The notes below the pieces were generated by a model that worked only from the letters and a program-made list of their open reading frames with translations, did not search any database and had not been told where the DNA came from. Source: Synechococcus sp. (GTDB taxonomy: Bacteria > Cyanobacteriota > Cyanobacteriia > Thermostichales > PCC-7336). Taken from it: a stretch of DNA of 19,197 nucleotides. The position numbers and the translations under genes are program-made. The stretch spans positions 1 to 19,197 of the forward strand of contig JBFRWN010000052.1 in assembly GCA_051439605.1 (NCBI GenBank). Direction: 5' to 3'. Of this stretch, positions 7,862-16,526 are shown one piece after another (position 1 is the first letter of the stretch; every line of letters starts with the position of its first letter).

Positions 7862-10561
7862 ATGTCGCCGATGAGGTTGGCATGTGCTGCAAGCAGTTCG
7901 TTCTGCTCTCATTCTCTACCAGTCTCAGTCCATTTGGCGGGTACTATGCTGTCGCAACGGTTATTTGACTTAGCACTTCAACGGGTTCGACGTGGTTTGA
8001 TCCAAACAACGTTGGCAACCGTTAGCGCTGTTGGTATGTTATTCTCCGCCGGAACAGCGACGGCTAGGCCCGTCCTGACGGTATTTCAGGAAGCCGGTGA
8101 CTCGAAAGATTGGACGGCCATTGTGGAGCAGCTTGAGCAATCTGAAATTGGCCACCGCAAATTGAAGGAAGACGAACTGTCGCTGACAACCCTACAGGAC
8201 GTAGAGGTATTATTTCTCCCCAACGTCTCGGACTTAGATGGCGAACAACTCCAAATTTTAGAGACCTGGATACGTTCCGGAACCGGTCAATTAATTGTGA
8301 GCGGTCCGATTCCAAGACTGACCGCAGAGAATTTGCGCCAATTTCGACTGTTGATGGGTGGGTACTGGGCCAATAACCGCCGTACAGCTGCCTCCGTTGT
8401 GGCCACCAGTGCCCCCGGCAATGAATGGGCCCAGACTGTGCAGGCGAACGAACCGCTCGAAGGGGGCAGTCTAATTCCTAGCGGGACTAGGAGCAGTTTG
8501 GCCGCCACGTGGTCGGGGCAGGTGGGTAGTCCAGTGGCGGTAATTTCCACTCCGCAAAGCATCTATTTGGGGTGGAAATGGGGCACCGAGGGTACTCCTA
8601 GCGAGGTCGATCGCCAATGGCTGTTGGCAGCTCTGGATCGCTTTGATGAGAACCAGTTGGATGGCGATAATCCTGCACCCAGTCCAACAGCAGCTGCCAA
8701 CACCGTAGCCTCTGACAGTCGCGAAACTCCGGTTACCGACCGGATTCTAGGATTAAACCGCCTGAACGACACCATCAGTCCAGCCCCGTCCGGTAGATCT
8801 GCAACTAGGGCCACAGAAATCGCCGACCCCTACATTTCTTCACTGCCCGTCAACACTCTAGAAATGATTGGCATGCGCAGCGAGTTAAACAGTCTGTTGG
8901 GGCGGGTGGAAAGTGCCATTTTAACGACCGATGCCAATAGCTTGGATGGCGACGGCTTGCCCGATCGCTATCGCGCCATCATTGAGCAGGCTCGACAGGT
9001 CCAGTCTGAATTGGATGATTGGGTCAGCAGCGGCCAACATGAACGGGCCAGACGGGAACATGCCACCGCAATCTCAAATTTGTGGAATAACTACCCCCGC
9101 GATCGCCTAACCGCATTACCTGAAGTAAGGGCAATTTGGCTCGATCGCGGCACGATTGTAGATGCGCGATCGCCCGCAGGTTTAGCTGATGTCTTTGACC
9201 GTCTAGAAGATGCTGGCATTAACACTGTTTTCTTCGAAACCATCAATGCGGGTTATCCCGTATATCCCAGCCGGATTGCACCCACCCAAAACCCTCTCAC
9301 CCGCGGTTGGGACCCTCTCAAAGCAGCGGTGAGCCTAGCTCGCGAACGGGATATGGAACTGCACGCCTGGATGTGGACGTTTGCAGTGGGCAACAGCCGC
9401 CACAACGTCCTACCCGAAGTGGGCCTGCCAGAGGATTACATCGGTCCAGTTTTGTCAGCCCATCCCAGTTGGTCAAACTACGACGCGCGCGGTCGCCAAT
9501 TTCCATCGGGACAACCGGAAACTTGGCTAGATCCTGCCAACAATCAAGCACGCAACTACCTGATTTCGCTAATGCGGGAGATGGTGACGGACTACGGGGT
9601 AGATGGCATTCATTTGGACTACATTCGCTACCCCTTTCAACGTCCGGGGAGCCGAATATCCTTTGGCTTCGGCCAGGCTGCGCGCAGCAAATTCCAACAG
9701 TTAACCGGGGTCGATCCGCAGGTGCTCGACCCCAACCGAGATCGATCCTTGTGGTCAATGTGGACGGAATTTCGTGCAGAACAGGTCACGAGCTTTGTGG
9801 CCGCCGCCGCCGATGAAATGGAGCGGCTCAATCCGCAGGTTGTGATGTCCGCAGCCGTATACCCCATGCCCCATAACGAACGCATGCAGAAGTTGCAGCA
9901 AGAGTGGGAGACCTGGATTGCGCGAGGGGATTTAGACCTGCTGGTTCCCATGACTTACGTGGAAAACTCTCGCAGGATGGAGCAACTGGTGCGTCCGGCA
10001 CTAGAGGCCACCAGCAATTCCCCAGTCCTACTATTGCCCAGCCTCAACCTGTTGGATTTGCCAGAGGTCGAGTTCCTCGATTCCATGCAAGCAGTTAGGG
10101 ATTTACCCACCGGGGGCTATTCTTTGTTTGCCGCCCGCCACCTGAACGGAGAATTTCAAAATATTCTGAACCAATCCCGCATTTCCTCCTCCCAAATTCC
10201 CTATCGAGCCCCATTCGGCGCCTCTGTATTTCGATTCAATGCTTTACAGAAGGAGTGGCAAACGTTGTTGGCCAAGGATCAAATGTGGGTGCCAGAACGG
10301 TTTCAGACGGAATGGCAGGAACAGGTGGATCGGGTCAGTCAGGCTTTGAAGGCCCTAGAGGCATCTCCGAGTCTGGTGGCACTGGGCACTGCTCAAGAGG
10401 AACTGACAGCTCTTCGTCAGGGGATAGAAGAATGGTTTCGATTTGAAGCTCTAGAACGCCCCTATCGAGTCGGAACCTGGGAAAACCGTCTATTAGGTTT
10501 GGATACGCTCTTGCGCTACGGAGAGCAGCGGTTACCTAGATTGCAGTCTGCCAACCGCTAG
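7862..10561 (+). CDS. Secreted glycoside hydrolase-like family 10 (GHL10/DUF187) protein
   Basis: Hydrophobic signal-like segment (TLATVSAVGMLFSAGTATA) and GHL10 motifs EVRAIWLD, GINTVFFET...GY..YPS, DPL.AAV..A.ER.MELHAW, WLDPAN, Y.VDGIHLDYIRYP, DLLVPMTY. The start could instead be 7946. Confidence 0.88.
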   Translation: MSPMRLACAASSSFCSHSLPVSVHLAGTMLSQRLFDLALQRVRRGLIQTTLATVSAVGMLFSAGTATARPVLTVFQEAGDSKDWTAIVEQLEQSEIGHRKLKEDELSLTTLQDVEVLFLPNVSDLDGEQLQILETWIRSGTGQLIVSGPIPRLTAENLRQFRLLMGGYWANNRRTAASVVATSAPGNEWAQTVQANEPLEGGSLIPSGTRSSLAATWSGQVGSPVAVISTPQSIYLGWKWGTEGTPSEVDRQWLLAALDRFDENQLDGDNPAPSPTAAANTVASDSRETPVTDRILGLNRLNDTISPAPSGRSATRATEIADPYISSLPVNTLEMIGMRSELNSLLGRVESAILTTDANSLDGDGLPDRYRAIIEQARQVQSELDDWVSSGQHERARREHATAISNLWNNYPRDRLTALPEVRAIWLDRGTIVDARSPAGLADVFDRLEDAGINTVFFETINAGYPVYPSRIAPTQNPLTRGWDPLKAAVSLARERDMELHAWMWTFAVGNSRHNVLPEVGLPEDYIGPVLSAHPSWSNYDARGRQFPSGQPETWLDPANNQARNYLISLMREMVTDYGVDGIHLDYIRYPFQRPGSRISFGFGQAARSKFQQLTGVDPQVLDPNRDRSLWSMWTEFRAEQVTSFVAAAADEMERLNPQVVMSAAVYPMPHNERMQKLQQEWETWIARGDLDLLVPMTYVENSRRMEQLVRPALEATSNSPVLLLPSLNLLDLPEVEFLDSMQAVRDLPTGGYSLFAARHLNGEFQNILNQSRISSSQIPYRAPFGASVFRFNALQKEWQTLLAKDQMWVPERFQTEWQEQVDRVSQALKALEASPSLVALGTAQEELTALRQGIEEWFRFEALERPYRVGTWENRLLGLDTLLRYGEQRLPRLQSANR

Positions 10562-11289
10562 GTTTTGCTGATAGAGGTGATTGACGGTAAGCAGTTACTA
10601 CCAGCTGGGCAGAGACCATTCAGGCCATTTTGATGTAGAACAGTTTCAGCTGCTATATTCTTGTGGGCAAACCGTGAGTAATATCCCAAATCGGAAAAAT
10701 ATAGCTGTCGCCATTTCAGTTAGAACAAAAAGATCTACTCTTCTTTAGAGTTCTGGATCGCTGAAATATCCAAAGCAACTTGACGGTCACTATACTTCCA
10801 TCGAGAGTGCCTACCAACAATGATTTAGAGTTTCTATAAACCTTGAACTTTCAACTCTTGCACCTACACACAATAGAAATCACGACAGTTCCTTTTATAT
10901 TTATTTCACGGACAGAGCTTAGATCTTCCTTAAAAAATACTCTGAGGGGCTTGATAAGATGGCGCACTATATTTGACAGAAATAACTGAGATAATCCCAA
11001 GCAGTTACAGAGTTAACAAAAGACAAAATCCGCTCTCCCCCTCTGCTTGAATCCATACAGGCAAAGGATCTAAGCCGATATTCGCTGTCCAAAGCCAAAG
11101 ACATTCTAGACTTTCAAGGCTTTTGCCATAAATCAATTATTGTGTTGGTACTCTACCGTGCCAATAGCATGCAGCGTTGTTGTTTGTTGAATGAAGCACA
11201 AGCAAACGCGCTTCTAAATCTGAATAGATTTACCCTTCATTATTGATTCATGTTCGGCATTACTCAGCCCTCGCAACTGGCGGCGTATC

Positions 11290-12186
11290 ATGTCTCATTC
11301 TCCTCAGTTCCCTCATGCAATATCCGAGCGCACCGAATTACGGCTGCGCGATCGCATTCAAATTGCCCTTGCCATAGCGGATGAAACACTGTTGCGTTCG
11401 ATGTTGAGCAACTGTCAACCAGCCATCGCCCCCGCCAACACCATTGGGCATATTTCCTCTGCCATCTGTATTGCGGCTCCCGAGCAACAGACTGTTGACG
11501 GTATTGTTGAATATCAAGCTATTCACTGTCTTTTGGGGCAGGTACAGGATTCCCGTTCACCCGAAGCGATTGATTACGGTTGGAATGCGGGGGATTACAG
11601 CCGTCACACCCGTTACCAGTCCGATACTCTGTCGCTGGCCAATCGAATATCGATGCATGAAGCCCAAGCGCTACTCAAAGCGGCGGGATATTCATCAGTG
11701 CAGGTCGAGCAAATCATGAAAATGCCTCCCTCCGCTAGCCATAAGAGCTGGTGGCGCATGGGCGATCTCCAGGGTCAATTTACTCAACCCTTCCTACGAA
11801 GTTTAAAAATCAGTTATTTCGCTAACGGTACCCTCAGCCTCAGTTACCGAGATGCCTTCGAACAGTTTCAGCCCCCCTGCTTTCATTACTCCACCCACCG
11901 CGTACTGGTGGAGATTCAGCCTCAAGTGAACCACTTTGCCCGCACCCTGGCACGCATAAATCGCCATCGTGTTCATCAAAATGTCGATTGGGCTATCTTG
12001 ATTGCCGACGAATTATCCCCTTACGAAGCATCCGCCTTTAACAATCAGGGAATTAGTCTCTACCCCGACATCCACCTGACTCGACCCTTCGAAGCAGACT
12101 GTCTTAACTGCCAGAATTCCACCTGCCCCATGATGGGTAACGATTGTTCCCCTGTCACTGCCTGCAAGGGGTTTGTTCCCGCGTAG
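11290..12186 (+). CDS. Hypothetical protein (298 aa) with a possible restriction-endonuclease-like fold and a C-terminal Cys cluster
   Basis: It is the only long ORF in the interval and has an ATG start. The C-terminus carries Cx2Cx4Cx6Cx5C. Function is not recognised. Confidence 0.8.
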   Translation: MSHSPQFPHAISERTELRLRDRIQIALAIADETLLRSMLSNCQPAIAPANTIGHISSAICIAAPEQQTVDGIVEYQAIHCLLGQVQDSRSPEAIDYGWNAGDYSRHTRYQSDTLSLANRISMHEAQALLKAAGYSSVQVEQIMKMPPSASHKSWWRMGDLQGQFTQPFLRSLKISYFANGTLSLSYRDAFEQFQPPCFHYSTHRVLVEIQPQVNHFARTLARINRHRVHQNVDWAILIADELSPYEASAFNNQGISLYPDIHLTRPFEADCLNCQNSTCPMMGNDCSPVTACKGFVPA

Positions 12187-12449
12187 GTTGAACCTACCAT
12201 TGCTTCTAAAATCTGGGGCAGTCCCCCTATCCCAATGGCGTACACTGGCTGAGGACATTGGATATACAGTTGACGCTGACCCTAATTTCGAGTAGGGCGG
12301 CTCGATGTATTGGTTGGTAAAGACGGACTGGCTTCGCCTCGATTAAAGACTCACCACGATTCACTGATTGAGGTGGCAGCCAAGTATCGAGCAATACGCG
12401 GCATTCTGTGGTCCAGTCTCTGAACCTGTCGTATGTAAGTGACTTCCCC

Positions 12450-14255
12450 ATGAGCCAAGTAGCGCGTCTGTCTCAAATGTTGTTTGTGACCTTGCGTGAA
12501 GATCCAGCAGAAGCGGAAATTCCCAGTCACAAGCTATTGGTACGGGCTGGTTACATCCGCCGGATTGGGAGTGGTTTGTATGCCTATTTGCCCCTGATGT
12601 GGCGGGTGCTGCAGAAGGTGTCGCAGATCGTGCGGGAGGAAATGAACGCCAAAGGGGCTCAGGAATGCCTGTTAACCCAGCTGCAGCCTTCAGAGCTATG
12701 GAAAGAGTCAGGACGTTGGGATACCTATACCAAGGCAGAGGGGATTATGTTTGCCCTCACCGATCGTCAACAGCGTCAAGTCGGATTAGGTCCTACTCAC
12801 GAAGAAGTCATTACGGCGATTGCCCGCGACACGATCCGGTCCTACCGCCAGTTGCCCGTGAATCTCTATCAGATTCAGACGAAATTTCGAGATGAGATTC
12901 GCCCTCGGTTTGGCCTCATGCGCGGTCGCGAATTCATCATGAAGGACGCTTATTCTTTCCACACCAGCGAAGAGAGCCTGAAGGCCACTTATGCAGATAT
13001 GCACGAGGCCTATTGCAATATTCTGAGCCGCTGTGGCTTAAAGTTTCGAGCGGTGGAGGCAGATTCTGGGGCGATCGGTGGGTCTGGGTCTCAGGAGTTC
13101 ATGGTGTTGGCGGAAGCAGGTGAAGACGAGGTGCTTTACACCGAGGATGGCAAGTACGCCGCCAATGTAGAAAAGGCCGTTTCACTTGCCCCCGAAGCCG
13201 TCCCCTCACCCTTTGATGGTTTTGAGAAGCGGGAAACACCGGGGACGGAAACGATTGCTTCGATGTGCGAGTTTTTGGGGTGCGATCCGACTAACAGCGT
13301 TAAGAATGTCCTGTATCAAGCGGTGTATGACAGCGGTACGACTGTCCTTGTTCTGGTCAGCATTCGGGGGGACCAGGATGTGAACGAGGTCAAGTTGCAG
13401 AACGAACTGGTACGTTTGGGCAGTCAGTTTGGGGATGCGATTTTAGCTCTGGAAGTGCCGGATGCTTCTATGCAGCAAAAGTGGGCTGCGAAGCCGCTGC
13501 CGTTGGGGTATATCGATCCAGCGTTGTCCGATGATTACATCGCTAAGACAGATGGAGTGGAGTCGAAGTTTTTCAGGTTGGCCGATCGCACCGCCGTAGA
13601 CCTCAAAAACTTTGTCACGGGGTCGAACGAGTCGGGTTATCACGTTGTGGGCGCCAACTGGGGAAAGGAGTTCGGTTTACCCCTGGAGGTGGATGTGCGG
13701 ACAGCCCAAGCGGGCGATCGCGCGGTGCACGATCCAGAGCAGGTGTTGCAGACGGCTCGGGGTATCGAAATTGGACACATTTTCCAGCTTGGAAGCAAGT
13801 ACTCGCAAGCGATGGGTGCCACTTACACTGACGAGAATGGTAAGACCCAACCCCTGGTTATGGGTTGCTACGGTGTTGGAGTGTCTCGCTTGGCTCAGGC
13901 GTCGGTAGAGCAGTCTTATGATGACAAGGGTATGGTTTGGCCGCTGGCGATCGCTCCTTACCACTGTATTGTGGTGGTGCCGAATATCAAGGATGAAGCG
14001 CAGATGGCGGCTGCGGAGCAGATCGCTGAAGGCTTATCGGAATCGGGAATTGAAGTGTTGCTGGACGATCGCAACGAGCGGGCTGGTGTGAAGTTCAAGG
14101 ATGCCGAGCTGATTGGTATCCCTTTCCGCATCACCACAGGACGTAGCTTGAAAGATGGCAAGGTGGAGCTAAACATCCGAGCAACCGGAGAAAAAAGCGA
14201 TGTTTCACTTGATGAGGTTGTGCAAACCATTCAGTCGTTGATGCAAGCAGGTTAA
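12450..14255 (+). CDS. proS: Proline--tRNA ligase (with insertion/editing domain)
   Basis: [118 protein letters not shown] at 12450. Confidence 0.98.
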   Translation: MSQVARLSQMLFVTLREDPAEAEIPSHKLLVRAGYIRRIGSGLYAYLPLMWRVLQKVSQIVREEMNAKGAQECLLTQLQPSELWKESGRWDTYTKAEGIMFALTDRQQRQVGLGPTHEEVITAIARDTIRSYRQLPVNLYQIQTKFRDEIRPRFGLMRGREFIMKDAYSFHTSEESLKATYADMHEAYCNILSRCGLKFRAVEADSGAIGGSGSQEFMVLAEAGEDEVLYTEDGKYAANVEKAVSLAPEAVPSPFDGFEKRETPGTETIASMCEFLGCDPTNSVKNVLYQAVYDSGTTVLVLVSIRGDQDVNEVKLQNELVRLGSQFGDAILALEVPDASMQQKWAAKPLPLGYIDPALSDDYIAKTDGVESKFFRLADRTAVDLKNFVTGSNESGYHVVGANWGKEFGLPLEVDVRTAQAGDRAVHDPEQVLQTARGIEIGHIFQLGSKYSQAMGATYTDENGKTQPLVMGCYGVGVSRLAQASVEQSYDDKGMVWPLAIAPYHCIVVVPNIKDEAQMAAAEQIAEGLSESGIEVLLDDRNERAGVKFKDAELIGIPFRITTGRSLKDGKVELNIRATGEKSDVSLDEVVQTIQSLMQAG

Positions 14256-14340
14256 CCACACTCAACCATTCCGCAGCACCCCACCAAACATGGCAGCTAT
14301 AGTTAGTTGCAGATGGACATTGTGTAGAGAAGTACCAACC

Positions 14341-14796
14341 ATGGTTTATACGGAAGCGGATATCCAGTTGAACGAATCCGAGCAGACGGTGTCTTTTCAG
14401 GACGCTGTGGTCACGGTGATTTCAGTTTTAAAGGAAGAGGGGGCTGACGCCTACGAACGCCGTGAAGGGGAAGGACATTTCTGGACATTTAAGTATGGCA
14501 CTGTAGATGTCTACGTTCACCTGACTGGAGAAACCAGCGAAGATAGCCTCACGGTATGGTCGCCGGTGCTCGATCTACCTAGCCGAGATGACCTGGCTCT
14601 AGCGAAAGACCTGCTGCATAAGAACTGGCAAGAAACCTCCGAAGCTCGATTTGCCCTCTGGAACAATCGAGTTGTTATAGAGTACGTCCGTTCTCTGGCC
14701 GACACTAGCCCCAGCGATATTTCTCGCGCGATTACCGTGGTGGCAACTCTAGCAGATGACTACGACGAACCACTCATCGAAACCTACGGAACTTAA
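14341..14796 (+). CDS. YbjN / CesT-like (T3SS chaperone fold) domain protein
   Basis: Acidic protein of about 151 aa with WTFKYGTVDVYVHL.GE...D.LTVWSPVL.LP, LL..NW..T.EARF and ADDYDE.L. ATG at 14341. Confidence 0.82.
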   Translation: MVYTEADIQLNESEQTVSFQDAVVTVISVLKEEGADAYERREGEGHFWTFKYGTVDVYVHLTGETSEDSLTVWSPVLDLPSRDDLALAKDLLHKNWQETSEARFALWNNRVVIEYVRSLADTSPSDISRAITVVATLADDYDEPLIETYGT

Positions 14797-14993
14797 AGTG
14801 TGCATCTCTTAAGACTATTCCATTTTAAAAGATAGCCAACGTTTGCAAAGAAGCATAGAAAATCCATCTTCTCGTAACGGGATTAATGCCTAATGAATCC
14901 ATGTTAGCCAAAGGTTGGAAAAGAGTGATGAAATATGATGGGAAGTGTAGTCGATCGAACTCTTCAACAGAACCGCTTATGAAAGAGAGTTAT

Positions 14994-16526
14994 TCAATTT
15001 TCCAGTTGTTCGTAATATCTCTCTCTCAATCGCCTGCGATCGATCTTTCCCGTGACTCCTTTGGGTAAAGATCGGACAAACTCAATATATTCTGGGACTT
15101 TGTAGTCAGCAATTCTATGGCGGACATAATCAAGCATTGCTTCTTCCGATATGGGATTAGATTCTGGCTTTAACGCAACATAGGCTTTTACCTTTTCGCC
15201 CCACTTTGGATCGGGAAGCCCGATCGCCGCAGCTTCTAAGACATCTGGATGCTGATAAAATGCCTCTTCCACCTCTTGAGGTGAGATATTTGAGCCGCCC
15301 CTGATAATGATTTGCTTGATGCGTCCTTTAAACCAAAGGTAGCCATCCTCATCGAAATATCCCAAATCTCCTGTTCGAAACCAATTATCTCTAAACGATT
15401 GTGTGGTTGCTTCGGGGTTATTGAGGTAGCCTTTCGTAACAATCGAGCCTTTAACCACAACTTCACCAACTGTACCGGTAGGAAGCGTTTGCCCGCGATC
15501 GTCTTGTACCTCAACCTGCATGTAAGAAACGGGCAGTCCAACAGAGCCCAGTTTTTTGTTTTTTCCAAGTGGGTTGAGTGTGTAGATCTGAGTTTCAGTC
15601 ATGCCGAGACCTTCGCATAGATCGAGTCCAAAATAGTGTCTAAATTGATTGAATACAGAGAGTGGTGTTGCATCACCTGCCACAACACACAAACGTAATT
15701 GATTGGAAAGAGAATGCCCGCGGCTGGCTGCGATTTGAATCATTTCGTTGTACATAACAGGCATCATGTACAGCATTGTGATACCGCGATTCAGTACAAT
15801 ATCTAAAACTGTCTCTGGTTCGAAGCGAGGCACAATTTCTAACGTGGCACCGGTATAAGCGGCTGGCAGCATTTGATGGCTGAATCCAAAGTTACAGCAG
15901 AGTGCTAAACACAGGAGGGTCCTGTCGCTGCTGCAATAGTCCACGAGTTTTGCATGGCTGACAGTATGTTCGGTCAGTTGCCCGTGAGTTAGCGGTACCC
16001 CTTTGGGTTTTCCCGTTGTTCCCGAGGTATAGATGACGATCGCGACGTCATTGCGATCGACCTCGGGAAGTACTGTACCTTGGAGGTTTTCATTTAGCAA
16101 TTCAGCAAGCGATCGCGCAGGTCCTAAGTCTTTGGGTCGCCCGTCAATCAGATAGTATTTTTCAACGCTAGGGAGCTCTTTTTCAATGGATATCGCTTCA
16201 GAAAAGATTGCTCTCTGGCTAATTAATAGTTTAGGTTGACTGTGGTTGATTATATATTTCAGCTCGGCTGACTTCAAACAGTGAAGGATCGGCACGACAA
16301 CCGCACCAATTTTGAAGCACGCATAGTAACACAGCAGCATCTCCGGACAATTGAACAGAAAAACACCAATTCGATCCCCTTTTCGAATACCGAGCTCGAT
16401 CAGCGATCTGGCCAATTGATCGGCTAAATCCTTCAATTCTGCATACGTGTAGGTGCGATCGCCAAAACTGATGGCGATCTGTTGAGGGCATCTCTCCGAT
16501 GTCCGATCTAGGATTTGAGATAGCAT
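14994..16526 (-). CDS. Class I adenylate-forming enzyme (acyl/aryl-CoA ligase family)
   Basis: P-loop IYTSGTTGKPKGV, GMTE, WFRTGDLG, GR.KQIIIRGGSNISPQEVE, PDPKWGE and LPK..TGKIDR. Confidence 0.93.
   Translation of the reverse strand: MLSQILDRTSERCPQQIAISFGDRTYTYAELKDLADQLARSLIELGIRKGDRIGVFLFNCPEMLLCYYACFKIGAVVVPILHCLKSAELKYIINHSQPKLLISQRAIFSEAISIEKELPSVEKYYLIDGRPKDLGPARSLAELLNENLQGTVLPEVDRNDVAIVIYTSGTTGKPKGVPLTHGQLTEHTVSHAKLVDYCSSDRTLLCLALCCNFGFSHQMLPAAYTGATLEIVPRFEPETVLDIVLNRGITMLYMMPVMYNEMIQIAASRGHSLSNQLRLCVVAGDATPLSVFNQFRHYFGLDLCEGLGMTETQIYTLNPLGKNKKLGSVGLPVSYMQVEVQDDRGQTLPTGTVGEVVVKGSIVTKGYLNNPEATTQSFRDNWFRTGDLGYFDEDGYLWFKGRIKQIIIRGGSNISPQEVEEAFYQHPDVLEAAAIGLPDPKWGEKVKAYVALKPESNPISEEAMLDYVRHRIADYKVPEYIEFVRSLPKGVTGKIDRRRLRERYYEQLEN

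Larger units (their letters stand above)
1362..16462. repeat. Dispersed HIP1 palindromes (GCGATCGC)
   Basis: Perfect copies at 1362, 3902, 5056, 6228, 7728, 9099, 9166, 11348, 13714, 13947, 16109 and 16455, plus many 7/8 variants. Fewer than one copy would be expected by chance in 19 kb. Confidence 0.9.

Noticed and set aside
10665..10700. c-di-GMP-I riboswitch (GGGCAAACC)
   Set aside because: It lacks the GNRA-capped P2 helix and the following GACGCAAA element.
11004..11020. HLR1/RpaB site (GTTACAGA-G-TTAACAAA)
   Set aside because: The spacing and the second half-site deviate from the consensus; too weak to call.
12227..12451. 74-aa minus-strand ORF upstream of proS; also identity of this region as T-box, 6S or SRP RNA
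   Set aside because: The ORF has no motif and starts over the proS start. The region lacks an exact UGGNACC bulge and terminator, is too short for 6S, and lacks the SRP CAGG/GNRA/AGCA motif. It is kept only as an unassigned structure.
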